From Myxococcota bacterium (lineage in GTDB: Bacteria; Myxococcota_A; UBA796; GCA-2862545), in the NCBI GenBank assembly GCA_039208735.1, contig JBCCQY010000058.1, forward strand, positions 1-47,280: a stretch of DNA of 47,280 bases. The letters are read 5' to 3'. The translations under genes were made by a program, and so were the position numbers. Within the stretch, counting starts at the first letter, position 1; each line of letters opens with the position of its first letter. Under the pieces are notes generated by a model. The model was given only the letters and a program-made list of their open reading frames with translations. It was not told where the DNA came from and searched no databases. Shown here piece after piece: positions 1 to 9,160 of the stretch.

Positions 1-45
1 CCTCGTCCTTACCAAGGACGTGCTCTACCTCTGAGCTACATGGGC
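1..45 (-). tRNA. thrT: tRNA-Thr(GGT), 3' part cut by window edge
   Basis: Reverse complement reads GCCCATGTAGCTCAGAGGTAGAGCACGTCCTTGGTAAGGACGAGG: D-arm plus anticodon stem CGTCC/GGACG around TTGGTAA. Confidence 0.93.
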
Positions 46-59
46 GTTGGCACCAAAAG

Positions 60-132
60 AGCGGGAGACGAGATTCGAACTCGCGACCCTCAGCTTGGAA
101 GGCTGATGCTCTACCAACTGAGCTACTCCCGC
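60..132 (-). tRNA. glyT: tRNA-Gly(TCC)
   Basis: Full cloverleaf: acceptor GCGGGAG/CTCCCGC, anticodon loop TTCCAA, T-loop TTCGAAT; no encoded CCA. Confidence 0.96.
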
Positions 133-168
133 AAGGAGTGAAGTGTGGTGCCGTATATCGCAAAAGGA

Positions 169-250
169 TGGGGGGAGCTGGATTTGAACCAACGTAGGCT
201 AAGCCGGCGGGTTTACAGCCCGCTCCCTTTGACCACTCGGGCATCCCCCC
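169..250 (-). tRNA. tyrU: tRNA-Tyr(GTA)
   Basis: GGGGGGATGCCCGAGTGG...GCGGG-CTGTAAA-CCCGC, long variable arm, GTTCAAATCC; no encoded CCA. Confidence 0.96.
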
Positions 251-283
251 AAAGAAGGTGGACTATGGTGTTCGACCACGATG

Positions 284-356
284 AGCTGGCGAAGGGACTT
301 GAACCCGCAACCTGCTGATTACAAATCAGCTGCTCTACCAATTGAGCTACGCCAGC
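284..356 (-). tRNA. thrU: tRNA-Thr(TGT)
   Basis: GCTGGCGTAGCTCAATTGGTAGAGCAGCTGATTTGTAATCAGCAGG...TTCAAGT...CGCCAGCT. The order Thr-Tyr-Gly-Thr matches the conserved tufB-operon tRNA cluster. Confidence 0.96.
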
Positions 357-386
357 ATCGGCTACCACAGCGGGTAACCGGGTGGA

Positions 387-415
387 GCCTTATGAGAGAA
401 CCATAGCATCGTCAA
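387..415 (-). promoter_or_regulatory. putative sigma70 promoter of the tRNA cluster
   Basis: Minus strand TTGACG (415-410), 17 nt spacer, TAAGGC (392-387), about 30 nt upstream of tRNA-Thr(TGT). The -10 element is only partly consensus. Confidence 0.5.
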
Positions 416-456
416 GCGCAGGGGCACGTTCGTGCGTGATGGGCATCCAAGGCCCA

Positions 457-1584
457 TCACTCGGGAGGGAGCGCTCGCTCGGCCGGGATCGCCACCCCTT
501 CCTCTTCGAGCCCAACGCCAACCTCCAGACGCGCCACGACGACGACGTCTGTGGCCTCGCCCCGTGTGCTGCGAACTTCGTGCGGGATCATGACGCCACC
601 CACCTTTCGGTAGTCGTCAAACGCGTGAACGACTTCGCCGTCATTGAACCCAGCCCGACGTACAAGTCCGGCTTCATCCACTTCAAGCACCATCGCGTCG
701 GTCTCGTCATCGCCGCCGTGACGCAACACGGTGACGATTTGCCCCTCGCGCTCTCGGGTCCCGTCGATCGTCATCTGGGAGAACTCTCGCCGCGTGCCCA
801 AAGCCTGGCCGAGCGCAAGCACCATTGGAATGACCGCCGGAGGCGAGAAATCTGCCGCGACGGTCCACGCTCGGGTGGTGGGTTTGGCTTGCCAGGGTTC
901 ACCGGCCACGGACAGGTAGGCCCGGTCGCGTCGGAGGAATAGGCGAGCGTCCTTCACGTCTCCCTCGATGCCTTCGATCTCGATAAAGACTTCCCCATCG
1001 CGGGTCGCCCACCGATGGTCGACCACCGTGCCATCGGCCAAGGTTCGGCGATACTCGAACAACGAAGGTCCTTCCATCCAACTCGTAAGCGTGTCTCGGT
1101 CGACGCCATGGGCCTTCGCAGCCCCCTCGAGGAGCGGCCAGGCATCGCCTCGAGCCTCTGCCGCGGTCTCGTCAGAGGACGCTTGATCGTCAGGGTCGGG
1201 CTGCAGGGGCAGTGAACTGTCCGCCACGGCCCCCGGCTCGGGCGCCGCTTCGAAATCGATGGGCGGAGGCGGAGGCTGGGCAGACAGGTGTGAAACCAAT
1301 CGTGCGACCTGGCCGTCCACCACCAACACATCGAAGCTCGTGTCGAGTTCCCGGGCCAAGGTGGTTGCTGCAGCCTCGGCTTGGTCGAGGTTTTCAAACC
1401 CCGTGGCTCGCAACAGGAACCGCCACCCTTCGCCATCGACAAACCGACGCACGATCGACACCGACGAGACCAAAGGCCCTGCCGTGCGCTGTTGACGGAC
1501 GGCATCGGTCCGCGAGACCACATAAGGTCCTTCGATGAAGTAGTCGGACGCCATCGCGGCCGATACCCAAACCATCCACCACAT
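457..1584 (-). CDS. hypothetical secreted protein (possible SPOR-like N-terminus, LolA-like beta-rich C-terminus)
   Basis: Start re-called at MWWMVWVSAAMA (signal-like, GGAGG upstream), which avoids overlap with the divergent NFACT gene. The C-terminal FDDYRKVGGVMIPH resembles LolA-like sorting-fold proteins. Confidence 0.6.
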   Translation of the reverse strand: MWWMVWVSAAMASDYFIEGPYVVSRTDAVRQQRTAGPLVSSVSIVRRFVDGEGWRFLLRATGFENLDQAEAAATTLARELDTSFDVLVVDGQVARLVSHLSAQPPPPPIDFEAAPEPGAVADSSLPLQPDPDDQASSDETAAEARGDAWPLLEGAAKAHGVDRDTLTSWMEGPSLFEYRRTLADGTVVDHRWATRDGEVFIEIEGIEGDVKDARLFLRRDRAYLSVAGEPWQAKPTTRAWTVAADFSPPAVIPMVLALGQALGTRREFSQMTIDGTREREGQIVTVLRHGGDDETDAMVLEVDEAGLVRRAGFNDGEVVHAFDDYRKVGGVMIPHEVRSTRGEATDVVVVARLEVGVGLEEEGVAIPAERALPPE

Positions 1585-1702
1585 CCTGCTGGTGCCTCCG
1601 CCGGTACAGACTCCGACGCCTCGCGGCGCAGATCCGGACCCCACGGCAATATAGTGCGACCGGACCGCGCGCCTGGGCGCCAGACGGACCAAGAACGAAC
1701 CC

Positions 1703-3082
1703 ATGTCGATGAACGAAGCCGAGCTCAGTGCGGTCGTGGACGACCTGCAGTCGCTCGTGGGCGCGGCGTACCAAAACATCTGGCAACCCCAGCGTGACCG
1801 CGTGATTCTTGGTCTCTCTGATGGAACCAACCTTCTCATGGTTCCTCGAGGGCCCTTGGCCCGCCTCCATCCGGTGCGGCGGCGCCCTCGCAACCCGCCC
1901 AAGCCGTTCAGTTTCCAGGGCGCAGGTCGCTCCCGCCTTCGGGGCCCGTTGATCGGCATCGACAAGGTGATCGGTGAGCGAGCGGTCATCTTCCGCTTCA
2001 TTGCCGCAGAGCTTCACCTTCGGCTCACCGGGCGTAGCGGAGGTCTGTGGCTCCTTCAGGACGACCGGGTCGTCGCCGCCTACGACGGCCCCGCTCCGGA
2101 GGCGCTTCCCGACCTCCCTCCGCGTCCCCAGCTTGTCCAGGAGGTTCGCTTCGAACCCATTGATGGCTCGATGGCTCGTGGCGCCGATCGGTACTTTTCA
2201 CGGATCGAACGCGATCGACAGACGGTAGAGCGGCGAGGCCTCGTCGAAAAGCGATTGCGAAGGTCCATCTCAAGGGCCCAACGCCTGGTTGGCAACCTGG
2301 AACGGGACCTCTTGCGGGCCGAAGATGCCCCACACCTCCGCGCCCAAGCCGACCTGTTGGCCGCGAGCTTGCATCGCGTACCGAAGGGAGCCGATCACAT
2401 CGTGCTTGAAGGCTACGACGGCGAAGGTCCCGTCCACATCGATCTCGACCCGGGCAAGCCGGCCACCGCCACCATGGAACTACTTTACCGGCGAGCACGG
2501 CGGCTCGATCGGGTCGCGGATCGGGTTCTCGCCAGGCTCGAAGAGGTCGAAAAGCAACTCGGGGAACATCGCGATGCCCTCGCGACCCTCGATCAAGCCG
2601 ACCTCGAAGCCCTGAAGAAGCTCGAGCAAACGCTGCCCGCGTTGCCTTCGGGAGGGCGGGCCCCCACCATTCGAGAACTTCCTTGGCACACCTGGGTAGG
2701 CCCAGATGGGGAGCGCGTTTTGGTAGGACGGAACGCGGTGGGCAACCGTCGCCTGACGTTCCAAGTCGCCAAGGGTACAGATTGGTGGATGCACCTCCGT
2801 GAACGTCCAGGGGCTCATCTCGTGTTGCCCATGAAACGCGATCAGAGCCCCACCCTCCCCCATCTGCTGGCTGCCGCTCAGATCGCGCTGGTCCACGGCA
2901 AGGTGCCCGAAGGGGAGTCGGTCGACGTGCAATATGCGAGAGTGCGCGACGTACGGCCGATCCCCGGTGAGCTGGCCAAGGTGCGCATTGCCGACGAACG
3001 GGTCTTGCGGGTCACCCGCGACCCCTCCGAACTCGTGGGATGGGCACGCGAAGAGCCCTCGGGAAGTTCCCGGAACGGATAA
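1703..3082 (+). CDS. rqcH: NFACT / RqcH (FbpA-like) ribosome quality-control protein
   Basis: NFACT-N start, central coiled coil with ADLLAASLH...IDLDP, and NFACT-R motifs VGRNAVGNRRLTF and WWMHLRERPGAHLVL. Confidence 0.82.
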   Translation: MSMNEAELSAVVDDLQSLVGAAYQNIWQPQRDRVILGLSDGTNLLMVPRGPLARLHPVRRRPRNPPKPFSFQGAGRSRLRGPLIGIDKVIGERAVIFRFIAAELHLRLTGRSGGLWLLQDDRVVAAYDGPAPEALPDLPPRPQLVQEVRFEPIDGSMARGADRYFSRIERDRQTVERRGLVEKRLRRSISRAQRLVGNLERDLLRAEDAPHLRAQADLLAASLHRVPKGADHIVLEGYDGEGPVHIDLDPGKPATATMELLYRRARRLDRVADRVLARLEEVEKQLGEHRDALATLDQADLEALKKLEQTLPALPSGGRAPTIRELPWHTWVGPDGERVLVGRNAVGNRRLTFQVAKGTDWWMHLRERPGAHLVLPMKRDQSPTLPHLLAAAQIALVHGKVPEGESVDVQYARVRDVRPIPGELAKVRIADERVLRVTRDPSELVGWAREEPSGSSRNG

Positions 3083-3108
3083 GCGCCCCAGACGAAAAGG
3101 TCCTCACC

Positions 3109-4020
3109 ATGCCCGATCCGTACCAGGTGCTCGGCGTCGATCGAAAAGCCGACGCCGATACCATCCGAAAAGCCTACCGAAAGCTCGCACGGCAATGGCA
3201 CCCTGACGTCAACAAGGCCCCTGGCGCGGAAAAGCGCTTCAAGGAAGTCAACGCCGCCAACGACGTGCTTTCAGATCCCGAAAAGCGCAGGCTGTACGAT
3301 GAATTTGGTGAGGCCAGCACCCGACCTGGCTTCGACGCGTCCCGCGCCCGGGCATGGTCGGCTCGAGGTCGCGGCGGGCCAAGCGGATTCGATGGAAGTC
3401 CCATCGATCTCGACGATCTGCTCGGCTCGATCTTCGGCGGTGGAGGCATGGGCGGAGGGTTCGATCGCAGTCCCCGTCGCGGTGCTGACCAGCAGATCGA
3501 CATCCAAGTCGACTTCATGCTCACCGTAAAGGGCGGAGATCGACCCGTGCTCGTACGGCGTCCCGATGGTGAGGTGCAAACGCTCACGGTACCCATTCCG
3601 GCCGGCGCTAAGGATGGCGGCAAGGTACGGCTCAAGGGCCAAGGCCTGCCTCCGCGCGGCGGCGGGCCTTGCGGCGATCTGCTCGTACGGCTCTCGGTCG
3701 TTGCGCATCCCCACCTCAAACGCATCGACGACAACCTGGAACTCGAAGTCCCGATCACGGTCCTCGAAGCGCTGCGTGGCGGCACAATCACCGTACCGAC
3801 GCCGACCGGTGACATCCGGCTCAATGTGCCGGCCGGCGCGACCAACGGATTGCGCCTTCGCGTGAAGGGACGAGGCATTCAGCGAAAAGGTAAGCCCGGC
3901 GACCTCTTTGTGGTTCTGCGGCCGATCGTGCCCAAGTCCGAAGACCCGGAGGTCATCGCCGCCGCGGAACGCATCGAGCAGGCGTATGCGACCGATCCGA
4001 GGTCGGACCTGCGGATCTAG
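3109..4020 (+). CDS. CbpA-type DnaJ co-chaperone (no zinc finger)
   Basis: J-domain DPYQVLGV...WHPDVNK, G/F-rich linker, DnaJ-C domain (GDLLV, LRVKGRG); start re-called at ATG 3109. Confidence 0.92.
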   Translation: MPDPYQVLGVDRKADADTIRKAYRKLARQWHPDVNKAPGAEKRFKEVNAANDVLSDPEKRRLYDEFGEASTRPGFDASRARAWSARGRGGPSGFDGSPIDLDDLLGSIFGGGGMGGGFDRSPRRGADQQIDIQVDFMLTVKGGDRPVLVRRPDGEVQTLTVPIPAGAKDGGKVRLKGQGLPPRGGGPCGDLLVRLSVVAHPHLKRIDDNLELEVPITVLEALRGGTITVPTPTGDIRLNVPAGATNGLRLRVKGRGIQRKGKPGDLFVVLRPIVPKSEDPEVIAAAERIEQAYATDPRSDLRI

Positions 4021-4757
4021 CGCTGAACGTTCAGACGCATGATCGTCTTACCCACCCCGATGGTGTCGCCCGTCGAAAGCTTGCTCACCTGGATGCGACG
4101 GCCGTTGTGGTAGGTGCCGTTGGTGCTGCCGAGGTCCCGCAAGAAGATCATGTCGCGGCCGAACACCTCGATGACGGCGTGGTGGCGGCTCACTTCGACG
4201 TCGGCCAGGGGCACTTCGCCCTGTCGCCGCCCGATCTGTACGTTGCCGCGATGAAACGAAAACTCGCGCCCTGCATCTTGGCCCGCCACCACTTCGACCG
4301 AGGCCTGCAATCCAGGCGGAAGCCGCAGATCTTGACTGATGACATCGGCGGTTCGACGAGGACCGTTGGGCTTGTGAACCTCGACCAGTTCTTCATCGAG
4401 TAGCCAGGCAATCTCAAGCTGGGCGGGCGCGGCTCGGGGCGCTTCGGGGCGCTCGTAGGGATCTTCCCCCACAAACAGGACCATCTTCGAAGCGCCGATG
4501 GTGATCTCGGAGCCTGCTCGCAACCGCGCTTCTTGGACCATTTTGCCATCGACCATGGTTCCATTGGTCGAACCAAGATCTTGAAGGACGAACCCGTCCT
4601 CCTGGGGCACGATACGGCAGTGCGCCCCGCTAACCAACGGGTCGTCGAGAATGAGGTCACCGCGCTTTCGACCCACAAGCAAGGGCCGCCCTTCGCGAAG
4701 GGGCACATTGAGACCCCGCCGCACGCCGCTGACGACCTGCAGGAAGGCCTGTTCCAC
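4017..4757 (-). CDS. tandem FHA-domain protein
   Basis: Two FHA cores: VGR...VSGAH...DLGSTNGT and IGR...VSRHH...DLGSTNGT. A GTG start at 4757 overlaps the upstream TAG (TAGTG). Confidence 0.88.
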   Translation of the reverse strand: MEQAFLQVVSGVRRGLNVPLREGRPLLVGRKRGDLILDDPLVSGAHCRIVPQEDGFVLQDLGSTNGTMVDGKMVQEARLRAGSEITIGASKMVLFVGEDPYERPEAPRAAPAQLEIAWLLDEELVEVHKPNGPRRTADVISQDLRLPPGLQASVEVVAGQDAGREFSFHRGNVQIGRRQGEVPLADVEVSRHHAVIEVFGRDMIFLRDLGSTNGTYHNGRRIQVSKLSTGDTIGVGKTIMRLNVQR

Positions 4758-5713
4758 TACCAACCCGAAGCGCTGCGCTGCTGGCGGTCCCGATGACCCT
4801 TCCAAAACTCGTGGTAGCGACCCGTCAGCGGGCGCCCAAGCGCTTCCTCCAGTTCGAGCCCGATGAGGCTGACCGCCTCAAGATCCACCCCCGTGCGGGG
4901 TCCCATGCCTTCCGGCACCTCTTGCTTGCCTTCGAGCCGCTCAAAGAAATGGATGAGGTCTTGCGTCGTCGCGTTGCCCGCCGCGCCCGGTGCATAGGGG
5001 CATCCCCCGACGCCCGATACCGACCCGTCGAACTGTCGCGCCCCAAATCGCCATGCCGCCGCCACGTTCGCCAAGGCCGTGCCTCGTGTGTCGTGGAAGT
5101 GCAGCGCAATCTGATCCAGCTCGATGCCCGCATCGACGAAGCGTTGGAGGATCTCCTCCACCTGCGTGGGGTGACCCATGCCCGTGGTGTCGCCCAGCGC
5201 GATCGTGTCGGCTCCCTCGTCGAGCAGGTCCTGCGCAATGGCCAACACCCGCTCGGGGTCGACCGCCCCTTCGAAGGGGCAACCAAACGCAGTGGAGATG
5301 TAGGAGCGAACCGCCAATCCCTCGCTCTTGGCCTGCGGGATCACCTTGTGTAAGCCCGCCAATGACTCCTTGACCGTCCGGTTGACGTTCTTTCGATTGT
5401 GGGTCTCGGAGGCAGACAGAAAGGTCGCGATGTGTTGGATGCCCGACTCCAAGGCCCGGTCCAAGCCGACGACATTCGGCACCAGCGCCCAGTAGCGAAC
5501 CCCCTCCGCCGCGGGCAACTGACGAACCACCTCGGCGGCATCGGCAAGCTGCGGCACCCAACGGGGCCGAACGAACGAAGTCACCTCGATGTCCTTGAAG
5601 CCAGCCTGGACGAGCGCCGCGGCAATCGCCACCTTCTGTTCGGTCGAAAGGACGACCTCTTCGTTTTGAAGGCCGTCCCGAAGACAGACCTCGTACAAGC
5701 GTACGTCGTTCAT
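4757..5713 (-). CDS. hmgL: hydroxymethylglutaryl-CoA lyase
   Basis: RDGLQNE, TSFV-P-WVPQLAD, LGDTTG, LHFHDTRG and GGCPYAPGAAGN motifs. Confidence 0.93.
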   Translation of the reverse strand: MNDVRLYEVCLRDGLQNEEVVLSTEQKVAIAAALVQAGFKDIEVTSFVRPRWVPQLADAAEVVRQLPAAEGVRYWALVPNVVGLDRALESGIQHIATFLSASETHNRKNVNRTVKESLAGLHKVIPQAKSEGLAVRSYISTAFGCPFEGAVDPERVLAIAQDLLDEGADTIALGDTTGMGHPTQVEEILQRFVDAGIELDQIALHFHDTRGTALANVAAAWRFGARQFDGSVSGVGGCPYAPGAAGNATTQDLIHFFERLEGKQEVPEGMGPRTGVDLEAVSLIGLELEEALGRPLTGRYHEFWKGHRDRQQRSASGW

Positions 5714-5804
5714 ACAGACCTGACCTTTATCATGGTCAAAGCGTAACACACGTAGCCGTCTGCGCGCCCCATCAGGAGCTTGAACCCAGACAACTCGCCT
5801 CGGG

Positions 5805-6296
5805 TCACCCGGGCCCGAGGAATGAGGTCTCGAGTCCTAGGGGACAATCCACCTGATCGTCGAAGGCACCGGTCACGAGAAGGGTCCGGTCGACCCGTTC
5901 GAGCCCAATCTCACGGCTCCCTGCGAACTCACCGACAAGGCAGGGGGTCGCTCCATCGTCGAATGCGCATTCGGCAGGCTCACATCCTGCGATTCCGTTG
6001 GAGGTGAGCGAAAAACGTGTGGGATCGGTCTCGAGGGCATCCGACAACGACCAGCGCTCGATCGAGGTGCAGAACGGACCAAGGAGGGACGCCTCCACAT
6101 CACACCCTGTGGCGCCCGACGAGAACACCAAGGTCGCGGTGTCGTACCGCTCGAAGAACTCCGATGCCGCAAACGCTCCACAGTTGACATCGACGAGGGA
6201 CCATTGTCCTTCGAAGGGGCAACTCACCTCTTCAGGAACGGGGTCTTGCCCAAGGCCGCTGTTCGCACATGAAAGCCAAAGGAGGAAACCCACCAC
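5805..6296 (-). CDS. small Cys-rich exported protein or lipoprotein, hypothetical
   Basis: GTG start after GGAGG, short hydrophobic leader ending LSC, several paired Cys. Confidence 0.55.
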   Translation of the reverse strand: MVGFLLWLSCANSGLGQDPVPEEVSCPFEGQWSLVDVNCGAFAASEFFERYDTATLVFSSGATGCDVEASLLGPFCTSIERWSLSDALETDPTRFSLTSNGIAGCEPAECAFDDGATPCLVGEFAGSREIGLERVDRTLLVTGAFDDQVDCPLGLETSFLGPG

Positions 6297-6428
6297 ACGC
6301 CCTCCGACACAACGCCACACTGCAGAGAATGGCCCGATCCACCAGCTCGCTTAACTTTCCCCCCACATCGATTCACCTCCGAACGAGGCTTCAACTCGCT
6401 ATTGTGGACGTCTCGGCAGGAGGGAACC

Positions 6429-7403
6429 GTGCTCACCTTGGCCATGTTGATGGGGTTCGCAAGCGCCCAAGACCGCTTGGACGTCGACGTCACGCAGGAG
6501 ATCGTGGTCTGGGGTGACCGGTTTGCGCGTTGGGACAACACCCGATGGTTCATCGAGACGACGGTGCTTCAGCCGTGGTCGACCGTGCTTGCTCGCGACA
6601 TCGACCTCGAGTTTCAAACGCAAGAATACCGCATCCAAGCGATCTTCAAGTGTGACAAGGAGGAACGCGCAGGGCGCCGGCGATACGACGTCGCATGCGT
6701 GATCGAAGACATCGGAATCATCGCGAATGTCGCGGATCGCAGGCCTAAACCCGCCCGCATCGCCGCCGCCCAACAAGTCTTGAACGAGATCGACGCCAAG
6801 CTCACCGGAGCCCACATGGAATTGCGGGTCGGCGACGATGGGCAAGTCCACGGAATCGACATCGAAGGCATCCCGACTCGCAATCGCCGTCAGAACCGAA
6901 TCCAGATGACGCTGACCCAGATCATGAGTCGGCTCATCGTAGGGTTCGACCTGAAGATGCAAAAAGGTAACCAGTTGCACCAAGGGGTCTGGATGGAGCA
7001 GAATGCCGCCCTGCTTCTTCTTGAGACGAACTCGTCAGGATCGAACTACGTCAAGCACTACCTCGACCCCTTTCGCGGTCAGATTCTGGTGCAATCCATC
7101 GGCAAGGGCATCTCGACCCTTAGTTCCGGTCCCCAAACGGAATTTGGCGCACTCACCCGATTCGACATGCACCTCGACGGCGTGAGCCTCTTCGACCCCG
7201 ATGACGGCTACCTCACGGAACGCGTTTGGTCAATCACGGGCGTCTCCAACCCTTCGGGCACCTTCCTCGAGCTCGAATACAGCCACTTTGGCAAGATGCG
7301 ACAGCTCGGCACCCAGGACCGTCCGAACTGCGGCCTGACGCAAGTGGTCAATGGGCACCGTCAACGGGTTCCCGGACTCCCGGACTGGCCCGAGGCGACT
7401 TAG
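6429..7403 (+). CDS. hypothetical secreted protein
   Basis: GGAGGG RBS, GTG start, signal peptide ending ASA, long ORF with normal composition; no family recognised. Confidence 0.7.
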   Translation: MLTLAMLMGFASAQDRLDVDVTQEIVVWGDRFARWDNTRWFIETTVLQPWSTVLARDIDLEFQTQEYRIQAIFKCDKEERAGRRRYDVACVIEDIGIIANVADRRPKPARIAAAQQVLNEIDAKLTGAHMELRVGDDGQVHGIDIEGIPTRNRRQNRIQMTLTQIMSRLIVGFDLKMQKGNQLHQGVWMEQNAALLLLETNSSGSNYVKHYLDPFRGQILVQSIGKGISTLSSGPQTEFGALTRFDMHLDGVSLFDPDDGYLTERVWSITGVSNPSGTFLELEYSHFGKMRQLGTQDRPNCGLTQVVNGHRQRVPGLPDWPEAT

Positions 7404-9160
7404 CCGCAGTCGACTGGGCCGTCGCCATCTTCACCCGAATAGGAAGGTTCTTCCTGAAGATAGCCTAGCTGGCGGAGCATCTCTCGCTCCGCGTCGCTCG
7501 GAGGCAGTTCCGCCCCTACCACCGCACGCCCATCGAAGGACAGTCCACAGCCCCGCCCCGGGACCGTTCCCCCCAGCGGACGGTACGGACCTTCTTTCGT
7601 GCCATCCGCCGCCTGAAAAATCACTCGAGCATCGCCAGGAACGACCAAGAACCGGTCCCCGGACGTGACGTCAAACCGTGTGTTGTGACGCTCGGTGCCC
7701 CGAAATGCAATCCCTTCGTCCACGACGACCGTGCCGTCCCGCAGGGCTTTCCATGGCTGTCCAAGCTTGCCGATCAGGCCCTGAAACAGGGCTTGGCCGC
7801 GCGCGGCCTCCTGCCGGTAGCGGTTGGTCCGGCAGTTAGGGTCCACGCTCCGGTCGCACAAAGCCCGTGTTTTTCGGGGCATGTCGACGTAGAGATCGTC
7901 TTGCCCCTCATGCCACCGAAACTGGAGGGTGTGGAACCGGCTCGTAGACGCGAGCTGAGCGGCTTCGTGACTCGACCGGGCCCGTTGACCGCGCACCAGC
8001 CTGGCGCGACTTTGCCCGTCTGCCGTGGCAAACCGAACCCCCGACAAATCTGCAAGCGTGGCCGAGATGTCTTCAAGTCCGACTCGGATGTCAACGACCG
8101 CAGGTTGGACCCCGGGTCCGTGCAGAATCCACGGCACGTGGAGCTGCTCGGGCCACAGGGTATGGCCGTGACCCCAACTGCCTCGCTCGCCGAACTCCTC
8201 ACCGTGATCTGCGGTTACCGCGACCAAGACGTCACGCCCAGCCTTCGAAAAGGCGCTGAGAAACGCCTCGAAAGCGTGGTCGACGAAGCGAATCTCCTCG
8301 TCGTACTGGGCAATCTGGTGGACGAGTTGGTCCGCATCGATCATCCGGCGCTGGTATACGGCGTAGGATCGATATTTTTCGTCCCCCCATTCCGGCGCCC
8401 GATCAAACATCGTGTTGAACGGCGGCGGCGCATCGTAGCCGTAGTGGACGTCATAGACGTGCAGGAACAAGAACAAGGGCTGACCCTCATTCTGACGCTG
8501 AGCAAACGCCAAGGCGTGGGCGAAGACATGGTCTGCATCTACGACCGAAAGTTGATTTTCGGCCTTGTCGAGGATGCCAAAGTCCTCGAAGTGTTCGAAC
8601 CCTCTGTCGAACCCGTACCGGCTCGACACGTACAACGTCGCGACGACGCCTGCGGTCCGGTAGCCCGCACGTCGGAAGGCCTCTGGCAACCGAGGCACAT
8701 CATCGGCCACACGCAGGTGATCTTCGATGGCTCCGTGCCGTTGAGGAAGCTGGCCCGAGAGCAGCGTGGCGTGCGAAGGCAAGGTCCAGGGCGCGGGAGA
8801 CCAGGCTTCGGTAAAGCGAACCCCTTCGGCGGCCAACCGATCCAGGAACGGCGAGGTGTCGCGCGTGTAGCCGTAGCTCCCCAAATGATCGGCGCGGAGC
8901 GTATCGATCGACAGGAGCACGACATCGGGACGGCGTGGGTGACCGCTGGGCAGCGGAGCGTTCGCGTCGTACCCCTCGGGGAAGAGATCGTGCCGCACGG
9001 CTTGGGTCGGCGGAGGCACCGAATCAAGAAGCGCAAGCAACTCCGTTTGTTCTCTTCGTAACTGCACAAGCTCTGCTTCGAGTTGGGCAACCTCCTGGCG
9101 CACCACTTCGACGCGATCGGCAAAGCATCCGGTAAGCCAGGTCGCGAGCACAACCGTCAT
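7400..9160 (-). CDS. sulfatase/alkaline-phosphatase-superfamily lipoprotein
   Basis: SIDTLRADHLG, WTLPSH, HVYDVH, YDEEI, TADHGEEF, GHGHTL and C-terminal LRQLGYL; leader ending LTGC; the ATG overlaps the upstream stop (ATGA). Confidence 0.88.
   Translation of the reverse strand: MTVVLATWLTGCFADRVEVVRQEVAQLEAELVQLRREQTELLALLDSVPPPTQAVRHDLFPEGYDANAPLPSGHPRRPDVVLLSIDTLRADHLGSYGYTRDTSPFLDRLAAEGVRFTEAWSPAPWTLPSHATLLSGQLPQRHGAIEDHLRVADDVPRLPEAFRRAGYRTAGVVATLYVSSRYGFDRGFEHFEDFGILDKAENQLSVVDADHVFAHALAFAQRQNEGQPLFLFLHVYDVHYGYDAPPPFNTMFDRAPEWGDEKYRSYAVYQRRMIDADQLVHQIAQYDEEIRFVDHAFEAFLSAFSKAGRDVLVAVTADHGEEFGERGSWGHGHTLWPEQLHVPWILHGPGVQPAVVDIRVGLEDISATLADLSGVRFATADGQSRARLVRGQRARSSHEAAQLASTSRFHTLQFRWHEGQDDLYVDMPRKTRALCDRSVDPNCRTNRYRQEAARGQALFQGLIGKLGQPWKALRDGTVVVDEGIAFRGTERHNTRFDVTSGDRFLVVPGDARVIFQAADGTKEGPYRPLGGTVPGRGCGLSFDGRAVVGAELPPSDAEREMLRQLGYLQEEPSYSGEDGDGPVDCG

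Noticed and set aside
1..460. tRNA cluster as an integration site for a mobile element
   Set aside because: No integrase nearby and no duplicated tRNA 3' end seen in the window; flanking genes are housekeeping-like.
1585..2001. N-terminal extensions in the ORF track (also 9161-9469, 23477-23761, 29259-29699)
   Set aside because: They overlap neighbouring real genes and are Arg/Pro-rich junk. Downstream starts with RBS, signal peptides or coupling fit better.
7685..9061. 458-aa plus-strand ORF, and similar long ORFs at 15063-16169, 43780-44877, 45257-46213 and 40225-41145
   Set aside because: Antisense or alternative-frame shadows of well-supported genes, typical of high-GC DNA; no recognisable motifs.
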